Positions 46,740 through 57,908 of a stretch of 64,000 bases of DNA are shown here, piece by piece. The position numbers were made by a program, and so were the translations under genes. The first letter of the stretch is position 1, and each line of letters starts with the position of its first letter. The notes beneath the pieces are model-generated. The model ran no database searches. It saw nothing but the letters and a program-made list of their open reading frames with translations, and was not told where the DNA came from. This DNA comes from an uncultured Acidobacteriota bacterium (GTDB taxonomy: Bacteria; Acidobacteriota; Thermoanaerobaculia; UBA5066): NCBI GenBank assembly GCA_963839295.1, contig CAWIUK010000015.1:43347-107346 (forward strand). Direction: 5' to 3'.

Positions 46740-49295
46740 ATGGACGACAGCCAGCAGCCGCTCGACCCGGACGTGAAGGAAGCGCTGCTCGAGCTTCAGC
46801 GTTACCTGTCCGACAGCCTCGCGCCCCTGATGGTCGCCGAGTCGGTCAACCTCCTTCTCGACTATCCGGCCGACCTCACGGCGAACGAGATCCAGGCGTG
46901 GGTGGTCGCCCAGTTCCGCGGCCGCGGGCAGAACGTCCCGATCGCCGACTTCCTCTACCACGCGGTCGAGAAGCTCCACGCCATGGGCCAGTACGAGCTC
47001 GTGCCGCGCGACCCGCTCCGCCGCTACACCGACGACCTCGGGCAGAGGCTCCTCGCGTTCTGCCCGCCGGCGGACCGCGAGATCCTCCGGCAGAACCTCG
47101 CGCGCCTCGGGCAGGCGGAGAGCGTTCTGGCCGCCCCGGTCGAAATGCTGCGCCGGCAGGGCGGGACGGGCGGGGCCCAGGCCGCGATGAAGACGGTCTC
47201 GGGCGAGAACGCGATCCCGCTCTCGCCCGGAGCGGTTTCCGACCTGAAGCATCTCTCGATGCTCCTCGAGCGTCTGGGGCCGCTCGACGCGGGCGGGGCG
47301 CTGTCGTTCGGATCCCGGAGCACGCCCGAGGCTCCGCCGTTCCCGTCCGCCGCCCCGTCGGCGCCGGCGCCTCCGAGGGTCGCGCCCTTCGGGGCGCTCG
47401 TCCAGTCCCCGCGCGAGGCCCTCGTTGCCCAGATCCTGGCCGTGGCCGCGGTGGCGGCGCGCTCGGAGGGAGAGCTCGACGCGGCGCTCGAGCGGCTGCG
47501 GGCCGCGGGCGTCGACGTCCCGTCCGGCGAGGTCATCCGGACCCTCGGGCGCTCGATCCCGCCGTGGCCGCTCTCGCTCCCGCCGGAGCCGGTCGAGCAG
47601 GCGCTGTCGTCGGCGCGCGCGTCCGCGACCGCGGCGATCCGCCGCGTCGTCACGCTGCCGCACGACCAGGAAGAGGTCGGCAAGCGCTTCCACGAGATGG
47701 TGGCCGCAGCCGTCGAGCAGCTGAACCAGGGCTCCCTGACCCGCGCGTCGCGTATGTTCGACGTCGCCGAAAAGCTCGTCGTCGAGAACAAGGTCAGCCC
47801 GCTTTCGCTCGACTCGACGCGCCGGAAGGCCCAGGAGGCCGTGGACCTCGAGCGCGTGCGGAGCCTCGGCGAGGACGCGCGGAACCAGCAGCCGCTCGCG
47901 CGCATCCTCTCGTTCTTCCCGGGCCTCTCGGTGGGTGCCCTCGTCGAGGAGCTGCGGGTCGAGGAAAAGCGCGAGCGCCGCCGGCTCCTCCTCTCTCTCC
48001 TCGAAATCTACGGCGCCGAGGCGCGCGTAGCCTCCCTCGGCATCCTCGGGAAGCTCGCGGCCGACGGAACGCCCGAGCAGGACTGGCACTTCAAGCGGAA
48101 CCTCCTCTACCTGCTGCGCAAGACGGCACGCGCGCCCGACGCGCCGCCGGACGCCGAGCTGGACGCGCTCGTCCCGTTCGCGGACCCCTCGCTCCCGCCG
48201 CCGCTCGTCAAGGAGGCGGTCGCGGGCCTCGCCGCGATCCGGCACGAGCGGTCGGAGGCGGCCCTCGCGAGCCTCGTGCAGGGGCTCGAGACGATGCTCG
48301 CGAAGCGGGGCGACGCTCCCTTCGACGAGGCGGAGCTGCAGCCCCTCCTCGACCGCGCGGTCGCGGCGCTCGCGCGCTTCGGAAGCCCGACGGCGCGGCG
48401 CGTGGTCGTCGAACACGGCCTCAAGCGGAAGGCCGGCCTCGGCGACGCCGGCGCGCGCCTCGCCGAGCTCGCGAGCCAGGACCTCTCGGACGACCCGGAC
48501 CTCGTCGCCCTTCTCCTCAAGACGGGGCGCGCCGAAATTCCCTTCAAGGTCTTCGGTCTCACGCTCAAGAAACGCGAGGACCGGCTCGCGCCGATCGTCG
48601 AAGCGCTCTCCGGCACGCCGACGCCGGCCGTCCGGAAGTTCCTCGAGGAGATCGTCGAGCGCCACGGCGACACGCCTGCCGCGAAGTCCGCCGCGCGCGC
48701 TCTCGGCGCGTTCGACGCGCCGAAGGACGCGGACCAGGTCCCGGCGAGCCTCATGGGCGACCTCGCGATCTTCGAGCTGCCGGCGCTGCTCCAGAGCCTG
48801 GCGTCGACGGAGGTGACGGGCAGCCTGGCGCTGCGCGACACCACGGGCGGCGTCGTCGGGAAGTTCGTGCTCGAGAACGGCCGGATCCGGTCCGCGGAGA
48901 CGGGATCGCTTCGCGGCGACGACGCCTGCTATCAGCTGTTCGAGAGGCCGACGGGAGGGACGTTCTCGTTCGTGCGCCAGGCCACGCTGCCGCCCGCGCG
49001 CGAGGGCGAGGAGCCGCGCGAGGTCGTCTCGATCCTGCTCGAGGGGATGCGCCGCTACGACGACTTCCAGCGTTTCTCGGCGCTCGTCCCGGACGACCTC
49101 GTTCTCGTTCCGACGGACCGCAAGCCGTCCACCGAGCCCGAGGAGAAGGACGGCGCGCTCCAGAAAGCGGTCTGGACGAAGGCCTCGGCCGGGGCCACCG
49201 CAAGATCAATCGAGTCGGCCGTGGCCGCCGACGCGTACCGGGTGCGCAAGCTGCTCGTGAGATGGGTCGAAGAGGGGAGCCTGAAGGCCGCCTGA
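46740..49295 (+). CDS. large hypothetical protein (851 aa) with a C-terminal DUF4388 domain
   Basis: A long Ala/Leu-rich helical N-terminal region. The C-terminus DLAIFELPALLQSLASTEVTGSLALRDTTGGVVGKFVLENGRIRSA matches DUF4388 (PatA-N-like). Confidence 0.55.
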   Translation: MDDSQQPLDPDVKEALLELQRYLSDSLAPLMVAESVNLLLDYPADLTANEIQAWVVAQFRGRGQNVPIADFLYHAVEKLHAMGQYELVPRDPLRRYTDDLGQRLLAFCPPADREILRQNLARLGQAESVLAAPVEMLRRQGGTGGAQAAMKTVSGENAIPLSPGAVSDLKHLSMLLERLGPLDAGGALSFGSRSTPEAPPFPSAAPSAPAPPRVAPFGALVQSPREALVAQILAVAAVAARSEGELDAALERLRAAGVDVPSGEVIRTLGRSIPPWPLSLPPEPVEQALSSARASATAAIRRVVTLPHDQEEVGKRFHEMVAAAVEQLNQGSLTRASRMFDVAEKLVVENKVSPLSLDSTRRKAQEAVDLERVRSLGEDARNQQPLARILSFFPGLSVGALVEELRVEEKRERRRLLLSLLEIYGAEARVASLGILGKLAADGTPEQDWHFKRNLLYLLRKTARAPDAPPDAELDALVPFADPSLPPPLVKEAVAGLAAIRHERSEAALASLVQGLETMLAKRGDAPFDEAELQPLLDRAVAALARFGSPTARRVVVEHGLKRKAGLGDAGARLAELASQDLSDDPDLVALLLKTGRAEIPFKVFGLTLKKREDRLAPIVEALSGTPTPAVRKFLEEIVERHGDTPAAKSAARALGAFDAPKDADQVPASLMGDLAIFELPALLQSLASTEVTGSLALRDTTGGVVGKFVLENGRIRSAETGSLRGDDACYQLFERPTGGTFSFVRQATLPPAREGEEPREVVSILLEGMRRYDDFQRFSALVPDDLVLVPTDRKPSTEPEEKDGALQKAVWTKASAGATARSIESAVAADAYRVRKLLVRWVEEGSLKAA

Positions 49296-49322
49296 GGCGT
49301 CTTCGCGGCTCCCCCCGGGAAT

Positions 49323-51332
<2,010 letters not shown>

Positions 51333-51699
51333 GGCGTGTGCTCCTTCGGCTTATGACCGCTGTGCGGTGACGTCGCCGCCTTCTCGCGGCAGGGACATTT
51401 GGCGCATGCGACTCGAAAAATACGCAGCCGGCGGATTCCGCGTCAACGGAAATCGCTGTCGAGAATCGATCTCTTCCATGGCCGCGCGGCCCCGGCGTTA
51501 ACGCTAAATCGGGTTTCTGCTTGACATCCGTGCGGCTTCTGAAAGACTTCCGTCAGATTTCCGACGATTTGGGGGAAGCAGCGTCCGCGAAAGCTCGACG
51601 AGCAGGCGATGTGATTCCGAAAGCGCACTCGGGGCCGCCGCGCGGCGTGCGCCAGGGTAATTTCAACCGGCCACAGGCCGTATGACAGGGAGGAATTGG
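51333..51699. promoter_or_regulatory. 370-bp divergent intergenic region upstream of acs and the MHS transporter
   Basis: TTGACA at about 51522. A 12-mer TGTCGAGAATCG is shared with 37338-37350. There is a GGGAGG RBS before ATG 51700. Long for this gene-dense window. Confidence 0.3.
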
Positions 51700-53316
51700 A
51701 TGAGCACAGCGGCACCCGCGGAATCCGGGAAAAGGGTTATCTCCTCAGCCGAGGAACGGCGCGTCATCGTCGCGTCGTCGGTCGGCACCGTCTTCGAGTG
51801 GTACGACTTCTACCTCTACGCGACCCTCGCCCCGTTCTTCGCGACCCTCTTCTTCCCGAAGGGGAACGCGACGGCGGCCCTCCTCTCCGCCTTCGTCACC
51901 TACGCGGCGGGCTTCCTCGTCCGTCCGTTCGGCGCCCTGATCTTCGGCCGCGTCGGCGACCTCGTCGGACGGAAGTACACGTTCCTCGTGACGATCGCCG
52001 TCATGGGCGGCGCGACCGCAGCCGTCGGCTTCCTTCCGACGTTCGCCCAGGTCGGATGGTTCGCGCCCGCGATTCTCGTCCTCCTGCGCCTCCTGCAGGG
52101 CCTCGCCCTCGGCGGCGAATACGGCGGCGCCGCGACGTACGTCGCCGAGCACGCCCCGGACCACCGCCGCGGCTACGCGACGAGCTGGATCCAGACGACG
52201 GCCACCGTCGGCTTCTTCATGGCCCTCATCGTCATCTACGTCAGCCGCGCGTCGATCTCCGCGGCCGACTTCGCGTCGTGGGGATGGCGCATCCCGTTCA
52301 TCCTCTCTCTCGTTCTTCTCGCGATCTCCATCTACATCCGTCTCAAGCTGCAGGAGTCGCCGATCTTCCAGCGCCTGAAGGCGCAGGGGAAGCGCTCGAA
52401 GTCGCCCATCAAGGACAGCTTCTTCAAGTACCCGAACAACAAGTACGCGTTCCTCGCGCTGTTCGGCGCGACGGCGGGCCAAGGCGTCGTCTGGTACACG
52501 GGCCAGTTCTACGCCCTCTTCTTCCTGACGATCACGCTCAAGATGGACTGGCAGACGGCGTATACGCTCATCGCGCTGTCCCTGCTTCTCGGGACGGGGT
52601 TCTTCATCGTGTTCGGCGCCCTCTCGGACAAGATCGGACGCCTGAAGATCATCCTTTTCGGCTGCGCGATCGCGGCCGTCACGTATATCCCGCTCTTCAA
52701 GGGCCTCACCCACTACGCGAACCCGTCCCTCGAGAAGTACCAGGACGCGACGCCCGTTTCGATCGCGGGGACGAACTGCGAGATGCACATCTTCGTGACG
52801 CCGTTCACGAAGTTCTCGGCGTGCGACAAGGCCCAGGACTTCATGTCGAAGCAGGGGCTGTCCTTCACGACTCTCCCGCCGCAGGGAGACGACGTCGTGA
52901 TCAAGGTCGGCAGCGTCGAGATCAAGGGCTACGACGAGGCGAAGCTCAAGGAGGCCATGAAGACGACGGGCTACCCGAGCCCGGCGTTCAAGAAGGACGA
53001 GATGAACTTCGGGATGGTTCTCCTCATCCTCTTCATCATGGTCATCTACGTCACGATGGTTTACGGGCCGATCGCGGCGTTCCTCGTCGAGCTGTTCCCG
53101 GCGAACATCCGGTACACGTCGATGTCGCTGCCCTACCACATCGGCAACGGGTGGTTCGGCGGCATGCTCCCGCTGATCGCGACGGCCTGGGTCGCCGCGT
53201 CCGGCAACATCTACCAGGGCCTCTGGTACCCGATCATCGTCTCCGTCATCACGGTCGTCGTCGGCGGCCTGTTCCTGCGCGAGACGAAGGACGTCAAGAT
53301 CCACGAAGAGGTCTGA
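51700..53316 (+). CDS. MFS transporter, metabolite:H+ symporter (MHS, ProP/KgtP-like) with a long inserted hydrophilic loop
   Basis: VGTVFEWYDFYLY...GRVGDLVGRK MHS signature. An extra roughly 90-aa soluble segment lies between TM8 and TM9. Confidence 0.8.
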   Translation: MSTAAPAESGKRVISSAEERRVIVASSVGTVFEWYDFYLYATLAPFFATLFFPKGNATAALLSAFVTYAAGFLVRPFGALIFGRVGDLVGRKYTFLVTIAVMGGATAAVGFLPTFAQVGWFAPAILVLLRLLQGLALGGEYGGAATYVAEHAPDHRRGYATSWIQTTATVGFFMALIVIYVSRASISAADFASWGWRIPFILSLVLLAISIYIRLKLQESPIFQRLKAQGKRSKSPIKDSFFKYPNNKYAFLALFGATAGQGVVWYTGQFYALFFLTITLKMDWQTAYTLIALSLLLGTGFFIVFGALSDKIGRLKIILFGCAIAAVTYIPLFKGLTHYANPSLEKYQDATPVSIAGTNCEMHIFVTPFTKFSACDKAQDFMSKQGLSFTTLPPQGDDVVIKVGSVEIKGYDEAKLKEAMKTTGYPSPAFKKDEMNFGMVLLILFIMVIYVTMVYGPIAAFLVELFPANIRYTSMSLPYHIGNGWFGGMLPLIATAWVAASGNIYQGLWYPIIVSVITVVVGGLFLRETKDVKIHEEV

Positions 53317-53350
53317 AGAAGACGAAGAGAAGAGTTCCTTAGAAGGTGGT
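53316..53350. repeat. solo forward arm starting on the last base of the transporter stop codon
   Basis: (TG)AAGAAGACGAAGAGAAGAGTTCCTTAGAAGGTGGT, followed directly by a terminator hairpin. Confidence 0.7.
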
Positions 53351-53392
53351 ACGGGCCGGGCGGGTCTTTCCGCCCGGCCTTTTCTTTTGCGC
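53351..53392 (+). terminator. rho-independent terminator
   Basis: GGGCCGGGCGGG-TCTTTC-CGCCCGGCC followed by TTTTCTTTTG. Confidence 0.7.
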
Positions 53393-53435
53393 AGGGGATC
53401 GAGGCGGCGAACGCTGCCGGTAGACTCGACGCCCG

Positions 53436-54638
53436 ATGCCTCGCCGCGAACCGATCCGTCCGCTCGCCTTCCTGCAGGAGTTCCTTAGGACCGAGGCGGC
53501 GTCCGGGGTTCTCCTTCTCGTCGCGGCCGTCGCGGCGATCGCCCTCGCAAACTCCCCCTTGAAGGACGCGTACGTGCACGCGACACACGTCGCCATCCGC
53601 CTCGGAGTGGCGCCGTTCCGCGTCGAGACGACGCTTTCCCACGCGATCAACGACGGACTGATGGCGGTCTTCTTCCTCGTGGTCGGCCTCGAGATCAAGC
53701 GGGAGTTCCTGACGGGGGAGCTCTCGGGCAAGGGCGCCGCGATCCTGCCCGTGGCCGCGGCGTGCGGGGGAGCGGTCGTGCCCGCCATGATCTACGCCGC
53801 CTTCAACGCCGGGACGCCCGCCGCGCACGGATGGGGGATCCCGATGGCGACGGACATCGCGTTCGCCGTCGGCGTCCTCGCGCTGCTCGGGCGGCACGTC
53901 GCGCCCGTGTTCAAGGTCTTCCTGACGGCCGTGGCCGTCGTCGACGACCTCATCGCGGTCCTCGTGATCGCGTTCTTCTACACGTCGGGACTCGACGTCC
54001 GCGCCCTCGCGGTCGTGGCCGGCGCGTTCCTGGTTCTCCTCGCCCTGAACCGCGCGGGCGTCGAGGCGCTGACGCCCTACCTCCTCGTCGGGGCCGTGCT
54101 GTGGGCGGCCATGGCGACGTCCGGCGTCCACGCGACGATCGCGGGAGTGCTGCTCGGCATGACGATCCCCGCGACCGGGGCGGAGGCGTCCCCTCTCCGT
54201 CGCCTCGAGCACGCGCTCCACCCGTGGGTCGCGTACGGGATCATGCCGGTCTTCGCGCTCGCGAACGCCGGCGTGACGGTGCCCGCGGGGCAGGCGGGCG
54301 CCATGCTCGCGTCCCCGATCGCGCTCGGAATCGTCCTCGGGCTCTTCTTCGGGAAGCAGGTCGGGATCTTCGGGACGACGTTCCTCCTGGCGCGGTTCAA
54401 GGTGGGCGCGCTGCCCGTGGATGCGCGGGCGCGGCGGTCGCTGTGGGGAGTCGCCCTTCTCGGCGGAATCGGGTTCACGATGTCCCTCTTCGTGAGCGGT
54501 CTCGCGTTTCGCGTCGAGGCGATGACCGACGTCTCGAAGGCCGCGATCCTCGCGGGCTCGTTGATATCGGGTCTCGCCGGAGCGGCCGTCCTCGCGAGCG
54601 TTCCCGAGCCGGTGGCGGGAGACGGGAACGCCGGTTAG
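53436..54638 (+). CDS. nhaA: Na+/H+ antiporter NhaA
   Basis: GIPMATDIAF...VVDDLIAVLVIAF and about 12 TM helices. 400 aa. Confidence 0.85.
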   Translation: MPRREPIRPLAFLQEFLRTEAASGVLLLVAAVAAIALANSPLKDAYVHATHVAIRLGVAPFRVETTLSHAINDGLMAVFFLVVGLEIKREFLTGELSGKGAAILPVAAACGGAVVPAMIYAAFNAGTPAAHGWGIPMATDIAFAVGVLALLGRHVAPVFKVFLTAVAVVDDLIAVLVIAFFYTSGLDVRALAVVAGAFLVLLALNRAGVEALTPYLLVGAVLWAAMATSGVHATIAGVLLGMTIPATGAEASPLRRLEHALHPWVAYGIMPVFALANAGVTVPAGQAGAMLASPIALGIVLGLFFGKQVGIFGTTFLLARFKVGALPVDARARRSLWGVALLGGIGFTMSLFVSGLAFRVEAMTDVSKAAILAGSLISGLAGAAVLASVPEPVAGDGNAG

Positions 54639-54653
54639 ACTCCTTCACCGGCG

Positions 54654-55058
54654 ATGGCCATCTTCGGGAAAAGCTCGCAAGGCCCGGCACCGGCGGGCCA
54701 CGGCGAGCCGGCGCGCGGGCCGTCCGTCATCGGGCCCCACATCCGCGTCCAGGGCGAGCTTCTCGGCGACGAGGATGTCCTGGTCGAAGGCCGCGTGGAG
54801 GGCCGTGTGCTTCTCGCCCGCGAATTTCGCATTGCGCCCGGCGGCGTCGTCCTCGCGGACGTGCACGCCGGCACCGTCGTCATCGCCGGGCAGGTCACGG
54901 GTAACGTGAGCGCGACCGAACGCGTCGAAATCCTGCCCTCCGGGTCCCTCGAAGGAAACATCCGTGCCCCGAAAGTCGCCGTCGGCGAAGGGGCGCGATT
55001 CAAGGGGAGCGTCGACATGAGCGCCGGGTCCGCACCCGGCGACGGCGAGCCCCGCTGA
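54654..55058 (+). CDS. bactofilin (DUF583) cytoskeletal protein
   Basis: Beta-helical repeat pattern ([42 protein letters not shown]). Confidence 0.65.
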   Translation: MAIFGKSSQGPAPAGHGEPARGPSVIGPHIRVQGELLGDEDVLVEGRVEGRVLLAREFRIAPGGVVLADVHAGTVVIAGQVTGNVSATERVEILPSGSLEGNIRAPKVAVGEGARFKGSVDMSAGSAPGDGEPR

Positions 55059-55077
55059 CCGAAAGGAAACTCCGCAC

Positions 55078-56604
55078 ATGGCTCCGTCCATTCCCGTCCA
55101 CGGCAACTGGATTGCCGGCAAGCACGTTCCCGCCCGATCGGGCCGCACCTTCGAAAACCGCAACCCCGCCGACGTGACCGACCTCATCGGCCGTTTCGCC
55201 GAATCGGACGAGCGCGACGTCCGAGACGCCGTGGATGCCGCGTCGGCGGCGTACGAGAGCTGGCGCCTCGTCCCTGGCCCCCAGCGCGGCGAGATCCTCT
55301 ACCGGCTCGGCGAAATCCTGCGCGACCGCAAGGAACAGTACGCGCGCGACATGACGCGCGAGATGGGCAAGGTCCTGAAGGAGGCCCGCGGCGACGTGCA
55401 GGAGGCCATCGACATGGCCTTCCTCATGGGCGGCGAGGGCCGCCGCCTGCACGGCCAGACGACGCCCTCCGAGCTCCCAAACAAGTTCGCGATGTCCGTG
55501 CGCGCGCCGATCGGCGTCTGCGCCTTCATCACGCCCTGGAACTTCCCGATGGCGATCCCGGCGTGGAAGTCCACGGCCGCGCTCGTGTGCGGGAACACGG
55601 TCGTCATCAAGCCCGCGACGGACACGCCGCTCTCGGTCGTGAACTTCGCGAAGGCGCTCGAGGACGCGGGCCTCCCGCCCGGCGTCTTCAACGTCGTCAC
55701 GGGCTCCGGCTCGAAGGTGGGGAACCCGCTCCTCAAGGACCCGCGCGTGAAGGTCGTCTCGTTCACCGGATCGACGTCGGTCGGACGGGCGATCAACGAG
55801 GCCTGCGCGCCGTCGTTCAAGCACGTGCACCTCGAGATGGGCGGGAAGAACCCGATCATCGTGATGGACGACGCGAACCTCGAGCTCGCGGTCGACGGCG
55901 CGATCTGGGGCGCGTTCGGGACGAGCGGCCAGCGCTGCACGGCTTCGTCGCGCCTCCTCGTCCACCGCAAGGTCGTCAAGAAGTTCACCGCGATGCTCGC
56001 CGAGCGCGCGGCGGCGCTCAAGGTCGGCAGCGGGCTCGACGAGAAGAACGAGATGGGGCCGGCGATCAACGAGAGCCAGCTCGACACCGTCCTCGACTAC
56101 ATCTCGATCGGCAAGGACGAGGGCGCGAAAATCGTCGCGGGCGGCAGGCGCCTCACGGGCAAGGGCCACGACAGGGGCTGGTTCGTCGCGCCCACCGTCT
56201 TCGGGGACGGCGACCGGCGGATGCGAATCGCGCGCGAGGAGATCTTCGGCGCGGTCACGGTCGTCGTGCCGATCTCGTCCCTCGAGGAGGCGATCGACAT
56301 CTCCAACGAATCGGAGTACGGGCTTTCCTCGGCCATCTTCACGCAGGACATCAACAAGGCGTTCACGGCGATGCGCGACCTCGAGGCCGGCATCTTCTAC
56401 GTGAACCTCCCGACGATCGGCGCCGAGACGCACCTGCCGTTCGGCGGAACGAAGCAGACCGGCAACGGGCATCGCGAGGCGGGGCTCGCCGCGCTGGACG
56501 TCTTCAGCGAGTGGAAGTCGATCTACGTCGATTACTCCGGGACGATCCAGAAGGCCCAGATCGACGTGCCCGCCGGCGAGGCCGCCGCGAAGAAGAAGAG
56601 ATAG
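55078..56604 (+). CDS. NAD(P)-dependent aldehyde dehydrogenase
   Basis: LEMGGKNP (catalytic Glu), [15 protein letters not shown] (catalytic Cys), EEIFGAV. 508 aa. Confidence 0.85.
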   Translation: MAPSIPVHGNWIAGKHVPARSGRTFENRNPADVTDLIGRFAESDERDVRDAVDAASAAYESWRLVPGPQRGEILYRLGEILRDRKEQYARDMTREMGKVLKEARGDVQEAIDMAFLMGGEGRRLHGQTTPSELPNKFAMSVRAPIGVCAFITPWNFPMAIPAWKSTAALVCGNTVVIKPATDTPLSVVNFAKALEDAGLPPGVFNVVTGSGSKVGNPLLKDPRVKVVSFTGSTSVGRAINEACAPSFKHVHLEMGGKNPIIVMDDANLELAVDGAIWGAFGTSGQRCTASSRLLVHRKVVKKFTAMLAERAAALKVGSGLDEKNEMGPAINESQLDTVLDYISIGKDEGAKIVAGGRRLTGKGHDRGWFVAPTVFGDGDRRMRIAREEIFGAVTVVVPISSLEEAIDISNESEYGLSSAIFTQDINKAFTAMRDLEAGIFYVNLPTIGAETHLPFGGTKQTGNGHREAGLAALDVFSEWKSIYVDYSGTIQKAQIDVPAGEAAAKKKR

Positions 56605-56606
56605 CC

Positions 56607-56676
56607 GCAGAGAAGAACCGGGGATTTCTTGGAAGGTGAAGAGACCGGCGCGGTTCCTCGTGAGGCCCGCGCCGGC
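56607..56676. repeat. solo forward arm plus GC hairpin filling the gap between the aldehyde-dehydrogenase stop and the convergent aminotransferase stop
   Basis: AGAGAAGAACCGGGGATTTCTTGGAAGGTGAAGAG at about 56609-56643, then ACCGGCGCGG-TTCCTCGTGAGGC-CCGCGCCGGC. Confidence 0.7.
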
Positions 56677-57908
56677 TAGGCGAGGCCGCGCGCCTTTCGG
56701 TAAGCCGGAAGCGCCGCGGCCAGGATGTCGATCGCCGCCCTCAGATCCTCTTCCTTGAGGACGTAGGCGATCCGCACCTCGTCCTTGCCGAGGCCCGGCG
56801 TCACGTAGAAGCCGCTCGCCGGCGCCACCATGACGGTCTTGCCGTCCTTCTGGAAGTCCGTGAGCAGCCACGCGGCGAAGTCGTCGCTGTCCGTGATCGG
56901 GAGGCGCGCGACGAGGTAGAACGCGCCCTCGGGCTTCCTCAGGAAGACCCCCGGGATGCCCGACAGGCCCGCGAAGAGCGTGTCCCGCCGCTTCTGGTAC
57001 TCCGTCACCACGCCGCGGTAGTAGTCGGGGCCGAGGGCCGCGGCCGCGGGCGCGATGAACTGCGCGAGGCCGGGAGGGGAGAGACGCCCCTGCGCCATCC
57101 GGTTCGTCGCGGCCGCGAGCTCCTCGTTGCGGGTGACGAGGGCGCCGAGGCGGATCCCGCAGGCCGAGAACCTCTTCGACAGCGAGTCGACGACCACGAC
57201 CTCGTGCTCGAAGCCGGCGAGGGAGAGCGCGCTCTCGGACACGCGGCCGTCGTAGAGGAACTCGCGGTAGACCTCGTCGCACACGAAGAAGAGTCCGTGG
57301 TCGCGGCAGAACTCCGCGACGAGGCGGATCTCGTCCTTCGTGTAGACCGTCCCGGTCGGGTTGTTCGGGTTGCAGAGGAGGACGACGCGGGTCTTCGGGG
57401 TCAGGGCCTTCTCCCACTCGACCCGGCCGGGCAGGTGGAAGCCGTCGCCTCCGTGCGTCACGATGGGCTTGAGCGTGAGCCCCGCCATCGCCGCGAAGGA
57501 GCGGTAGTTCGTGTAGAGAGGCTCGACGGTCAGGATCTCGCCGCCCGGGTCCGAGCAGGCCATGAACGCGAAGAGCAGCGCCTCGCTGCCTCCGGTCGTC
57601 GCGAGGATCTGCCCAGGCTCCAGCGCGACGCCCATCCGCGCGTAGTACGTCCGGAGGAACTCGAGGTACTCCGGCGTGCCGTTCGACGGCGAGTACGCGT
57701 AGACCTTGTCCTTGAGCTCGAGGAGCCGGCGCCGCATCGGTTCGGGCGTCTCGAGGTCGGGCTGTCCGATGTTCAGGTGCAGGACGTTCACGCCGCGGGC
57801 TCTCGCGTCGTTCGCCAGCGGCATCAGCTTGCGGATGGGGGAGGCGGGCATTGCGAGGCCGCGTTCGGAGACTTGGGCGGCCGTCCGGATCGTGCTCATG
57901 CGCGTCAC
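56676..57908 (-). CDS. class I/II pyridoxal-phosphate-dependent aminotransferase
   Basis: NPNNPTG and the SLSKRFSACGIRLGA PLP-lysine region. 410 aa. Confidence 0.8.
   Translation of the reverse strand: MTRMSTIRTAAQVSERGLAMPASPIRKLMPLANDARARGVNVLHLNIGQPDLETPEPMRRRLLELKDKVYAYSPSNGTPEYLEFLRTYYARMGVALEPGQILATTGGSEALLFAFMACSDPGGEILTVEPLYTNYRSFAAMAGLTLKPIVTHGGDGFHLPGRVEWEKALTPKTRVVLLCNPNNPTGTVYTKDEIRLVAEFCRDHGLFFVCDEVYREFLYDGRVSESALSLAGFEHEVVVVDSLSKRFSACGIRLGALVTRNEELAAATNRMAQGRLSPPGLAQFIAPAAAALGPDYYRGVVTEYQKRRDTLFAGLSGIPGVFLRKPEGAFYLVARLPITDSDDFAAWLLTDFQKDGKTVMVAPASGFYVTPGLGKDEVRIAYVLKEEDLRAAIDILAAALPAYRKARGLA

Noticed and set aside
44865-48665. The track ORF 44865..48665 (1266 aa) as one giant LigD-containing protein.
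   Set aside because: Only the C-terminal 576 codons (from Met at 46595) show LigD PE and Pol homology. The upstream extension is an Arg/Glu-rich shadow frame that overlaps the plus-strand DUF4388 gene.
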